Shown here one piece after another: positions 8,577 to 16,784 of a DNA stretch of 43,575 nt. Source of the DNA: a virus; the IMG/VR virus record IMGVR_UViG_3300045988_078367; one strand, 5' to 3'. The position numbers and the translations under genes were made by a program. The first letter of the stretch is position 1. Each line of letters begins with the position of its first letter. The notes below the pieces were generated by a model, which searched no databases, had not been told where the DNA came from, and saw only the letters and a program-made list of their open reading frames with translations.

Positions 8577-8696
8577 CTATTTTATTCTACTATTCCCTGT
8601 TTTTCTTTTACGATTCTTGGGCTTATTTACCGCAAATGCATAGAGTATGATAAAAAGCAAAAAGGGAAAAACATAAATAGCAGTGTACAAATTCAT
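8577..8696 (-). CDS. Unlisted micro-ORF, 39 aa: single TM helix plus basic tail (MNLYTAIYVFPFLLFIILYAFAVNKPKNRKRKTGNSRIK)
   Basis: Hand-translated and below the ORF-track size cutoff. It exactly fills the gap between 8699..9160 and 8304..8573. Confidence 0.4.
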   Translation of the reverse strand: MNLYTAIYVFPFLLFIILYAFAVNKPKNRKRKTGNSRIK

Positions 8697-8698
8697 AC

Positions 8699-9160
8699 TT
8701 ACTTCTCCTTTTCTATAATTTCTTTCACATCTTCCTTATCAACCTTAAACACCTTCTTACCAAACACACCCAAAGCCCCGATAAGATTGATGTTAATCCC
8801 CTTTGGCTTCAGTATATTCCCAACTATCGAGCATCCCTCTATGAAGCATACCAATAAGCAGGAATACACATCTATAGGATATTCATTGTGGCTTGCCACG
8901 CTAATCATACAAACCATACAGACGAAAGCGAAGTAAGTGACCATCTTTCCCATAGTGGCACGGATCGCACGTGAGAATCTGACCTTTTCACCCATTAGTA
9001 TACTTTTTCTTACTCCGAATAGGAGATCACAGAGGATTACAGCACATGAGACAATCAGCCATGGAATCATATTTTGCAATGATTCGGCAACAAATGCAGT
9101 GGCTATTGCGGCAAATCCTCCGGTTGTGGTATGTACTATTGCTTCTTTCATACGATACAA
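8699..9160 (-). CDS. Holin-family membrane protein (Phage_holin_4-like)
   Basis: Multi-TM protein. CDLLFGVRKS...GEKVRFSRAIRATMGKM...FIEGCSIVGNILKPKGI matches the pattern I recall for toxin-secretion/phage-lysis holins. Confidence 0.6.
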   Translation of the reverse strand: MYRMKEAIVHTTTGGFAAIATAFVAESLQNMIPWLIVSCAVILCDLLFGVRKSILMGEKVRFSRAIRATMGKMVTYFAFVCMVCMISVASHNEYPIDVYSCLLVCFIEGCSIVGNILKPKGININLIGALGVFGKKVFKVDKEDVKEIIEKEK

Positions 9161-9648
9161 GTTAGATAAACGGTTAACAACGAAATTACCTCAATCCAGA
9201 ACATCGGCTTTCTCTTTATAAAGTCAGAGATGAAATTGCCTGTCCAGTGCTTCTTCATGGAGATAACCATGTACGCAATGAATCCAGCCCATAATAACAG
9301 CCAATACCAACTATTGCAACCTACCCATATCTGGGAAAATATCAACGACATGGCAGCACCGATACAATGTGCGGTTTTCTGGTTTCCTTTGAAATTGGGA
9401 GACACACCTAATACAATCATCCCGACAACCGAAAGGAATACAAGAAATTGGCTGTTTTCCGTGCTTGCTTCAAATGCTGCCGGGAGAAGCAATACACCGG
9501 AGCCGATCATGCACAAACCGAACCAGAACTTATGCGTCAGCGCATAGTAGGTATCACTGATAGAGTAAGGGATTTCCTTCATCTTTTTAATCATTGCAAA
9601 GACGTAGCCGGCAATGAGGATGAACGACATTAATACTAGTAGAATCAT
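9148..9648 (-). CDS. Polytopic membrane protein, 166 aa (about 5 TM helices), unknown function
   Basis: Hydrophobicity pattern. Head of the membrane-protein/lysis cluster. Confidence 0.55.
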   Translation of the reverse strand: MILLVLMSFILIAGYVFAMIKKMKEIPYSISDTYYALTHKFWFGLCMIGSGVLLLPAAFEASTENSQFLVFLSVVGMIVLGVSPNFKGNQKTAHCIGAAMSLIFSQIWVGCNSWYWLLLWAGFIAYMVISMKKHWTGNFISDFIKRKPMFWIEVISLLTVYLTCIV

Positions 9649-9667
9649 AGCTTTATCTGTTTATAGT

Positions 9668-10204
9668 TTATAATACAAAATTGAGTTTCTCCGGATAACC
9701 GGTTTTATAATTATAGTAATTAACCTCTTCTTTGCTAAGCAAATTTTTCACGGCTGCAATATGAGCCTGTGTAGTATTGTAGCAATCAAGAGCGTATAAT
9801 TCTAATTGGTCAAGCATATTTAAAGCGTCATTTACGGGAATTGCATACTTCTCCGCATTGTACCACAAAGTAGTATATACCCGGCCCGCTTCTTTTTCTA
9901 TGTTTATTGAGTTGACTAATCCTACACGGGTGTCTTTATCCAGCCATATTTGTTTTCCGTCCAGCGTCAAGGAGTTTACAGCATCCGACTTGTCGTAAGC
10001 GTTGATCTCTGCGATCTTTATCTCTTTCAATTCATCAATGGTGTACTCATGCTCAACCAATACCGGGTAACCGCTTTCGTTCTCCTTGATTTCTTTTCCG
10101 GATGATTGACCGTCAAGCAATTCCTGCCAGTACTCCACCGATATTTCTACTGCTCCTTCTTGTGGTTTATCATAGAAACCATTTTTCCAATATATTTTTC
10201 CCAT
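9668..10204 (-). CDS. Hypothetical fibre-associated protein, 178 aa
   Basis: ORF directly downstream of the fibre gene. TAAGGAGGT lies 7 nt upstream of the ATG. Confidence 0.5.
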   Translation of the reverse strand: MGKIYWKNGFYDKPQEGAVEISVEYWQELLDGQSSGKEIKENESGYPVLVEHEYTIDELKEIKIAEINAYDKSDAVNSLTLDGKQIWLDKDTRVGLVNSINIEKEAGRVYTTLWYNAEKYAIPVNDALNMLDQLELYALDCYNTTQAHIAAVKNLLSKEEVNYYNYKTGYPEKLNFVL

Positions 10205-10216
10205 AATATTACCTCC

Positions 10217-11263
10217 TTATTTCCATCTACCTATTGCCATCCAATCCCATGATTCTTGCGATAATCCAGTAGTACCACCACTTGCATAATTTCTATTTAA
10301 GTAGAATCTACTAACGGTCTTATTTGTTGCTAAAGGAGAAGCTGAATATATCGCAGAGTCACTACTAGGTTTGTATACAGTTGCAAATATTTTATATTCA
10401 GTATTATAAAAAGATGTGGGCATAGTCACACTATACGAAGCTGTAGACGAACCTCCAACTCTTCCCCATTGTACAAGCAATCCATTATTGAACTTGGCAT
10501 AACCGTTTGCTCCCAAAGAAACCTCTATAGCGTTGGAAAGGTCGGCTTTAGCATATTGAGACAGATCAATATCTTTTAATTTAGACTTCTCATCGTCAGT
10601 CATAAACTTTTTATTGTATTCTTCTGTAATGTCTCCAGCAACATGGGTATGTTTAATTAAAGCAAATAGATCTTTGCCAACAGGGAATACGTTCCATGTT
10701 GGAGACGAAATAGAAGGTTCACATCTGAAAATACACAAATAACGGTTTTGACCAAACGCTAAAAAAGAGCATTCAGTATTATCATCTGCTATTTGAATAT
10801 TTAATGCTCCTAAATTATAAAAAGCACCTTTTTCATCTATAACGTATACGATCTTTCCTGCTTTCCAAGCATTAGTAATTGCGGCTATTTCTATTAACTG
10901 ATCGTTAGTGACAATAGATCCGTCTTCTATTTCTCCAAAAGATAAAGAAGACTTATATACAGATAATTCTTCCATCAATTTTCCCTGATCCTGCCAATCT
11001 CCGTCGTAATAAGCATAATAACTATATGGCTTTTTTCCTACAGCGTACAAACCCTTTTGTGTAGGACCATCAGGAAAAGCCAATTTTAATTCTTCTAAAG
11101 TGTTATAATGCCCCAAAATCTCAAAAGATTGATTCCCGAAAGATTTAACCATATCAACCATCAGACCGCCAACACGTAACGCAGTATTCGCTCCGTCCTC
11201 TTTTTCGTCTCTGATTTGCTTTGCTCTATCTAATAATCCTTCTGCTTCCATATCATTCTCCAA
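10217..11263 (-). CDS. Tail fibre protein
   Basis: N-terminal ANTALRVGGLMVDMV and C-terminal GYAKFNNGLLVQWGRV...SVTMPTSF...WMAIGRW resemble the gp53-like fibre C-terminal domain pattern. Confidence 0.6.
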   Translation of the reverse strand: MENDMEAEGLLDRAKQIRDEKEDGANTALRVGGLMVDMVKSFGNQSFEILGHYNTLEELKLAFPDGPTQKGLYAVGKKPYSYYAYYDGDWQDQGKLMEELSVYKSSLSFGEIEDGSIVTNDQLIEIAAITNAWKAGKIVYVIDEKGAFYNLGALNIQIADDNTECSFLAFGQNRYLCIFRCEPSISSPTWNVFPVGKDLFALIKHTHVAGDITEEYNKKFMTDDEKSKLKDIDLSQYAKADLSNAIEVSLGANGYAKFNNGLLVQWGRVGGSSTASYSVTMPTSFYNTEYKIFATVYKPSSDSAIYSASPLATNKTVSRFYLNRNYASGGTTGLSQESWDWMAIGRWK

Positions 11264-11768
11264 TTATTCGATAAACCGTTCTATTTGCCTTCAATTTCCC
11301 TCCACCATTATATAGAGGGAAGTCATTTTTGCAATCATTCAAATACTGTACACACTCTTTTAAATACCTGTCCGCAATACTGAATGTATCATTGTAAGCC
11401 ATAACTTTCTCTTTTATGTCCGGACGGGATGAATATTCAGATTCTTTATTTACAAATCCAAAACGAGTAACATTGCCATCTCCATTTTTTACGATACGGG
11501 CATAAGTATAATAAGCAAGTGCTGTTTTAAGACCAACAAAGGACCGTCTGATGCCGCACTCGCTATCATATTCCCCACCATTAAGAAGAATATTATATTT
11601 TTCAGGATGTTCCTTTACTTCAAGAAATAATGCATCTCCTAATGCACTCTTGATGTCAATATTTTCAGATTCACGAATATATGTCTCAATTTTAGAATCA
11701 TCCAAATGAATAGACATATCACGGGAAAATTTAGATACCTCCTCTGCTGTTATTAGATACTGCTGCAT
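11253..11768 (-). CDS. Hypothetical structural protein, possibly a head-tail connector
   Basis: Position after the portal-like gene. The N-terminal 'ITAEEV...DDSKIETYIRESE...ALGDALF' pattern is reminiscent of gp6-like connectors. Weak. Confidence 0.35.
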   Translation of the reverse strand: MQQYLITAEEVSKFSRDMSIHLDDSKIETYIRESENIDIKSALGDALFLEVKEHPEKYNILLNGGEYDSECGIRRSFVGLKTALAYYTYARIVKNGDGNVTRFGFVNKESEYSSRPDIKEKVMAYNDTFSIADRYLKECVQYLNDCKNDFPLYNGGGKLKANRTVYRIIGE

Positions 11769-12915
11769 TTCTCACATATTTAAGAGGTTCAACACTGTAA
11801 TCATTTGAAGGATTAGCCACTTCATACCAACCGTCAAAAATCTTTTGAAAAGCCCGTTCAATCATGCGTTGTTGTTTGGAAACAATAGAATTATAGTATT
11901 CAAAAGCATCTTCCAAAATATCACCAGAAAAACCGACTTTACCAATACGGATGCAGTACCAAGGTTCTTGACCATACGCAGAATATATTCTTTCTACTAC
12001 ACTCGCATCCGTAACGGAAAACTCTTTATCGTAATTCTTTGATGACAGATCGACAAACTCCGGTTTTTCTTCATCAGAGCTAATTTCAACTTCAAGCATC
12101 TTTAATGAGTTAGTGTCTCCCTGTAACTTTCCTAGCATATCAGAAAAACCGTCATTATCATTTAAACCTGATGAATCCTCTCCGGCAATACTTTGTCCTT
12201 TTTTGGTTATAACAATACCGGCTGATAGAAAATTACAACGAACATTTCTAAACTTCACGTTAGCTAAGCCTTCGTCTGTACTCATTTCTGTTACAACTCT
12301 ATCGGCACGTGAACGAGGGTAAACATTTTTTCCGCCTCCGGACAACCATAGAATCTGTCCTTTATAATACTCAATACCGCCAGCAGCTTCTATTTGAGCT
12401 AAAACCACCTCTTTTCGAGGATTGAACACATCTATAAAATCAATATTTTCTTTTTTTACTTGAAGAGGTTTACCGGCACGTGTCTTTTTGCCGCTCCAAT
12501 CCGGATGAACTGCTATCTTTGCAACATACCCGTTAGAATCTTCTTCCAAAAGCCTGCAATTTTCAAAAGGGACATAATTCAATTCACATATTTCTCCAAA
12601 TATGTTATAATTAACATGTAATGACATTCCGTCAAAATCTCCTACGTCAGGGCATACAAGAGCGTGAATATCATCTACGGTATCTCCTTTTCTATTTACG
12701 ACATATTCAGAAAAACGAATGTCTTTAAATCCGTTACCTTCGATAAAATTGGCATATCGCTCTGCACATTCGCTTCCGGTAGAGCTTGCAGCAATGATAT
12801 TGCGGAGAGTTTGAGGGTAAAGGTTGTCATCTCCAAACCCTTGTATTCCAAACTGACGCAAGTAAGATACATCTACTCGGTTACTGCTTTTCTTTTTAAG
12901 GTCCTTTACCCTCAT
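11731..12915 (-). CDS. Portal-like protein, 394 aa (tentative)
   Basis: Size and general sequence character only. No diagnostic motif verified. Confidence 0.4.
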   Translation of the reverse strand: MRVKDLKKKSSNRVDVSYLRQFGIQGFGDDNLYPQTLRNIIAASSTGSECAERYANFIEGNGFKDIRFSEYVVNRKGDTVDDIHALVCPDVGDFDGMSLHVNYNIFGEICELNYVPFENCRLLEEDSNGYVAKIAVHPDWSGKKTRAGKPLQVKKENIDFIDVFNPRKEVVLAQIEAAGGIEYYKGQILWLSGGGKNVYPRSRADRVVTEMSTDEGLANVKFRNVRCNFLSAGIVITKKGQSIAGEDSSGLNDNDGFSDMLGKLQGDTNSLKMLEVEISSDEEKPEFVDLSSKNYDKEFSVTDASVVERIYSAYGQEPWYCIRIGKVGFSGDILEDAFEYYNSIVSKQQRMIERAFQKIFDGWYEVANPSNDYSVEPLKYVRNAAVSNNSRGGI

Positions 12916-12921
12916 AATGGA

Positions 12922-13566
12922 TTATTTTTCTTCTGTTTTCTCTGACTTTTCAATATTCTCCTCTTTCTTTTCCTGCTGTTTATCCAGCTTTTCAGCGTCT
13001 TTTCTTTTTGCAATTATGTCTTTCGCCTTTGAAAGATGATTGTTCAATTGTTTTTCGGTGATTTTTCGTCCACCAAGCTCATAATTTGTAAGTTCGGCCA
13101 GCAATGAATCTTCTGAAACTCCACTATCAAATGCTTCAACAATAATTGCTATAAGTTCATCGCTAATAGATTCTCGTTTCAGTACACGTTTTCTTACTTT
13201 ATTCTCCCAATCTGCAGGATAGCCTGCAAAAAACATGATACCTTTTGGATTATCCGACAAATAGTTTTCTGCAAATTCATCGGTAATGTTCTCATTGGTA
13301 TACATTTCCCCACTTCCAAACTCTTTTTGTAGGACAACACCATTTTTCAATATGTAATTTGATTTTTCCTTCATTTTACCTGTTTTTTTTAGATGTATAT
13401 ACATTTCAATCACAGCATCATGGTAACAGTCATTACAAGATGTTTTAACGAAATTCCTCCCGAAAACGTCTCTGTACATTAATTCAATGTCAAGTTTGTC
13501 GGAAGAAGAGAGAACATCACGTTCTCTCAATTCTTCCAACTTACCAACCACTTTTAATAATTCCAT
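12922..13566 (-). CDS. Hypothetical protein, 214 aa, with a K/E-rich C-terminal tail
   Basis: ORF in the structural block. Confidence 0.5.
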   Translation of the reverse strand: MELLKVVGKLEELRERDVLSSSDKLDIELMYRDVFGRNFVKTSCNDCYHDAVIEMYIHLKKTGKMKEKSNYILKNGVVLQKEFGSGEMYTNENITDEFAENYLSDNPKGIMFFAGYPADWENKVRKRVLKRESISDELIAIIVEAFDSGVSEDSLLAELTNYELGGRKITEKQLNNHLSKAKDIIAKRKDAEKLDKQQEKKEENIEKSEKTEEK

Positions 13567-13569
13567 GAT

Positions 13570-14184
13570 TTACCCTCCTACAACAGATGTAAGAGCATCT
13601 ACAGCCGCTTTAGTTGTTTCATAACTTGTTTTATACAAGAATAAAGCGGATTTAGGAACTTTCGTTTCCGTAAGGCTGATAGACCAACCACCATCTGTGT
13701 CTTCTGAATACTTATCATTGCTTATTTCTGCAGCTTTTAGGCCTTGATAATAGCCATATACTTGGAATGCAGAATCTCCCGGATTAGTTTCCTTTTGCAA
13801 GCCCTTGGATTTATTTTCCAGAACAACGACAAACTCCCCATTTGCTAATCCGTCAATAATATCACCACATACATCAGGGTCATTAGCCAAAACGACCATA
13901 TTAACGGTGTTAGTAAATGTATTACGATATGTCCCTGTAGCCAACGCTACATTTGTCCCTGTAAAAGGAGTACCGCCATAAACCACAACTTTATATGCTT
14001 TCTTGCCGGATTTCATCGCCAACGTTTCAATCACATTCTTTCGAGTTGAATTGAAAGTGGTTGCGGAAAAATCAACATCAGATCGATTAGCAATAACGCC
14101 TTCCTGTTCTATTCCCGGAACAATAGGATCATCGCACGACGGTGCGATGTCCTTTTTGATTAAATTGTCACAAACTCCTGACAT
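13570..14184 (-). CDS. Hypothetical structural protein (204 aa from the ATG at 14184; the ORF track extends to 14232)
   Basis: The ATG at 14184 (MSGVCDNL) is preceded by AAAGGAG and avoids overlapping the capsid gene stop at 14198. Confidence 0.5.
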   Translation of the reverse strand: MSGVCDNLIKKDIAPSCDDPIVPGIEQEGVIANRSDVDFSATTFNSTRKNVIETLAMKSGKKAYKVVVYGGTPFTGTNVALATGTYRNTFTNTVNMVVLANDPDVCGDIIDGLANGEFVVVLENKSKGLQKETNPGDSAFQVYGYYQGLKAAEISNDKYSEDTDGGWSISLTETKVPKSALFLYKTSYETTKAAVDALTSVVGG

Positions 14185-14197
14185 AAAATCTCCTTTC

Positions 14198-15265
14198 TTA
14201 ATAAGCAAGTTGGAACAAATTATCCTCTCCAATCAAACAGCCAAGGCGACCAGCTGAATAAGCCTTGGTTACTCTTTCATCCTGATTGAACCAAATTTCC
14301 AAATCAGAAATAATTTGATTTGCGGGAGAACCAACAAACAGCTGCTTTGGAGAACCATAAATCGCACGGTGAGGAAGATTCAGCTTAGTTCCATTGTTCT
14401 GGTATTTTTGAATAAAGCGATCCCAAATAGAAACCCTATATACCATAACTCCATTGTACTCTGTTACATCCAAACCTTTAAAGATTTGTTCCCATGTCAG
14501 AATCTCTTTGTATTCACGTTTCAAATCTTTGGTAAGGGCATCGCCTAAAGACTTAGTACAATAAATAGCAGCACCTTCCATTGCAGCAATACGAGGATCA
14601 GCGTTTTCAAGCAATGAATCAAAGATTCCGATTGCAACATTGGCCGTTTTAATTCCGCTCAATTGTGCTGCAGTAGAAGCTTCGCTGTTGGCTGCAATAT
14701 TCACTCTTTGACCTGTATTGGCTGCACCGATGGCAAATAATTGTTTCCAGAAACCATTGCACGGTTTGAACAGTTCAACATCTACCCCATCTGTGATTTG
14801 TCCTGTTGACACGTTTTGAGCTTCTTTGTCGCCAAACCAAATAAAACGCCAGAACATGCGCTTAATTGCAAGGTCAAGAGCCGGATAAATGATAACATCC
14901 ATAATCTCCGTGCTTGTCAAATCACCAATATCTGTACCGGTCTTTAACGCATATTCAGCAATAGTGTTCATGAAGTCCTCATAACACCATTTCAAAGGAA
15001 CTGACCATTGTCCAATATCCCATGTCTTTTCCGCTGCCTGTACAGTAACATCTTTATAAGTAGGATTACAGGGAGCACCAGCCCAGCCTACATCTTCCAT
15101 TTCTCCAGTCCATCCAAGTTTTTGCCCGTTCTGTACATTTTGAACAAACGTAAAGAACTGCTCCAAGGATTCATCAACAAAGTTCGTCAACACTAATAGA
15201 TCACGCAAGCTTTTTACCGCTCCGTTATCCTTCGTCAAGTTTTTTACTGAATCTAAAATATTCAT
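14198..15265 (-). CDS. Major capsid protein (probable HK97 fold)
   Basis: 355 aa ORF immediately downstream of the ClpP-type prohead protease. Assigned by position and size. Confidence 0.6.
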   Translation of the reverse strand: MNILDSVKNLTKDNGAVKSLRDLLVLTNFVDESLEQFFTFVQNVQNGQKLGWTGEMEDVGWAGAPCNPTYKDVTVQAAEKTWDIGQWSVPLKWCYEDFMNTIAEYALKTGTDIGDLTSTEIMDVIIYPALDLAIKRMFWRFIWFGDKEAQNVSTGQITDGVDVELFKPCNGFWKQLFAIGAANTGQRVNIAANSEASTAAQLSGIKTANVAIGIFDSLLENADPRIAAMEGAAIYCTKSLGDALTKDLKREYKEILTWEQIFKGLDVTEYNGVMVYRVSIWDRFIQKYQNNGTKLNLPHRAIYGSPKQLFVGSPANQIISDLEIWFNQDERVTKAYSAGRLGCLIGEDNLFQLAY

Positions 15266-15268
15266 ACC

Positions 15269-16429
15269 TTATACCTTTTTTGAGTATCTCTTTTTATTTT
15301 TATCTCTCGCTTCTTCTAACTTTCGTTCCACCAAGCTCACCGGTTTTGTTTCTTCATCTTTCTTTGTCTGTGGAGTATACGACCGGCCTGCAGGCACATA
15401 AGAACCAGTGGCCTTTTTTAACCAAGCTTCTCCACCTGCTTTTTCCACAGCCGCAATGATACGAGCATCGGTTTCACTCTTTGCACTTGATTTTAGAGAA
15501 GCGTTCTCTGCTTCTAGTTCTGCAATACGGTCTTTCAAGGCTTGTGTATCTTCTTCGTTGGAAGAAGGATCCTTAATCTCCGTAATAACTCCATCAACCA
15601 CGATAACCGTGCGTCCGTCTTCTAATACAAATTCACCATCAGGAGAAGCCGGATCACCAACCTGAATTTCTCCTTCCTCACGTTCTACAGTCAACTCATC
15701 ACCGGTTGATGTAGTAATTACCATTCCGACAGCTTCAGGAGTTTCCTTTACTACCCCCAAAGCAACACCAAGCATGTGAAATGCCTGTGCAACTGTCACT
15801 TTCTTTTCTTCTTTTGCCATACTTTCAATATTAAGATTACTATTAAGCTCTGGTTTGGATGCAGATGCAGATGCAGAAGCAGCCGGAACAATAGAAGACA
15901 CAAATCCCAGCTCAATAGCTTTCTCTGCATCAAACCAGCTATCTGTTGCCATCTGCGCCTCTAATACTTCTCTTGATTGTCCTGTGCGATCTACATAGAG
16001 ATTAAGCATCTTTTCTTTTTCTGCTTCCAGATCGCTTTTCAATTCTTCCAATTTAGCCAAAGTTATATCCCCAATTTTTGCACCGGACGGATAATAAGGA
16101 GAATGAATCAATAGCTCGGCATGTTGATATGCGCTTCTTCGTTCAAGTGGTGCAGCAAGTAAAATTACTGTAGCCATAGATGCAGCATTTCCTACAACCT
16201 TACATGATATTTCCTTTCCAGAAGCACGTAAAGCATCATAAATAGCATAAGCTTCTGTGCAGTCTCCACCACAAGAATGAAGCTCAATATCTATTCTATT
16301 ATCATCGTTGGGAATCCAGTCTATAAAGCCCTGTATATCAGGGAAAGAAATTGAATCGTTACCTGTTAGCCAATATTTTACCTTATCAGCATCAGCAGCA
16401 ATGTCTTTGTTGATGTATAATTTAGCCAT
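15269..16429 (-). CDS. ClpP-family (S14) prohead protease with a C-terminal scaffold-like coiled-coil extension
   Basis: HSCGGDCTEAYAIYDAL...VVGNAASMATVILLAA...LIHSPY matches ClpP serine and histidine regions. The C-terminal half is E/K/A-rich. Confidence 0.75.
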   Translation of the reverse strand: MAKLYINKDIAADADKVKYWLTGNDSISFPDIQGFIDWIPNDDNRIDIELHSCGGDCTEAYAIYDALRASGKEISCKVVGNAASMATVILLAAPLERRSAYQHAELLIHSPYYPSGAKIGDITLAKLEELKSDLEAEKEKMLNLYVDRTGQSREVLEAQMATDSWFDAEKAIELGFVSSIVPAASASASASKPELNSNLNIESMAKEEKKVTVAQAFHMLGVALGVVKETPEAVGMVITTSTGDELTVEREEGEIQVGDPASPDGEFVLEDGRTVIVVDGVITEIKDPSSNEEDTQALKDRIAELEAENASLKSSAKSETDARIIAAVEKAGGEAWLKKATGSYVPAGRSYTPQTKKDEETKPVSLVERKLEEARDKNKKRYSKKV

Positions 16430-16500
16430 ATATCTGTAATTGTTTGTAACAAAGTTACTAAACCAGATACGGCTATAAGAATGTAGGACTAAAATTGCAC

Positions 16501-16520
16501 TGAAGTAATCGTTTCAGTAA
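16501..16520 (-). promoter_or_regulatory. Conserved 20-nt box tgaagtaaNNNtttcagtaa (copy 1), upstream of the protease/capsid genes
   Basis: 17/20 identical to 25566..25585. Sits directly after a terminator and upstream of a TAacTTTG box about 21 nt before the protease ATG. Confidence 0.4.
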
Positions 16521-16546
16521 AAAAGAGGGTGAGCAACGCCCACCCT
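16519..16546 (-). terminator. Strong intrinsic terminator after the 77-aa gene
   Basis: Minus strand reads AGGGTGGGC-gtt-GCTCACCCT followed by CTTTTTT. Confidence 0.65.
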
Positions 16547-16550
16547 TAAA

Positions 16551-16784
16551 CTATAAATCAACGTTAGAGGAAAGCTTCTCAATAACGTTGTAAACCATCC
16601 TTTCCGATATATTATATTGATCGGAAAGATATTGCATTATGTAAGTCTTTTTATGCCCTTCTTTAATCATCAGATAGTACTCCTTATATAAATCCAAATA
16701 TTTAATATCGGAAACATTCAAGGATTTGTCACACATCACTTTTAAAGCTAATGCATTCATTGATAATAATTCGTATGCTGTCAT
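16551..16784 (-). CDS. Small HTH protein, Mor-like late activator candidate
   Basis: C-terminal YIMQYLSDQYNISERMVYNVIEKL resembles the Mor/C family HTH pattern (LA..Y.vS...vY.Ii). Confidence 0.35.
   Translation of the reverse strand: MTAYELLSMNALALKVMCDKSLNVSDIKYLDLYKEYYLMIKEGHKKTYIMQYLSDQYNISERMVYNVIEKLSSNVDL

Noticed and set aside
5185-11263. Diversity-generating retroelement or invertible (shufflon-type) fibre variation
   Set aside because: No reverse transcriptase or invertase gene occurs anywhere in the window. I saw no template/variable repeat pair or inverted repeats flanking the fibre C-termini.
15850-15885. Short gcagat/gcagaa repeat in the protease gene
   Set aside because: It simply encodes an ASASASAS linker between the protease and scaffold-like halves and is too short to be notable.
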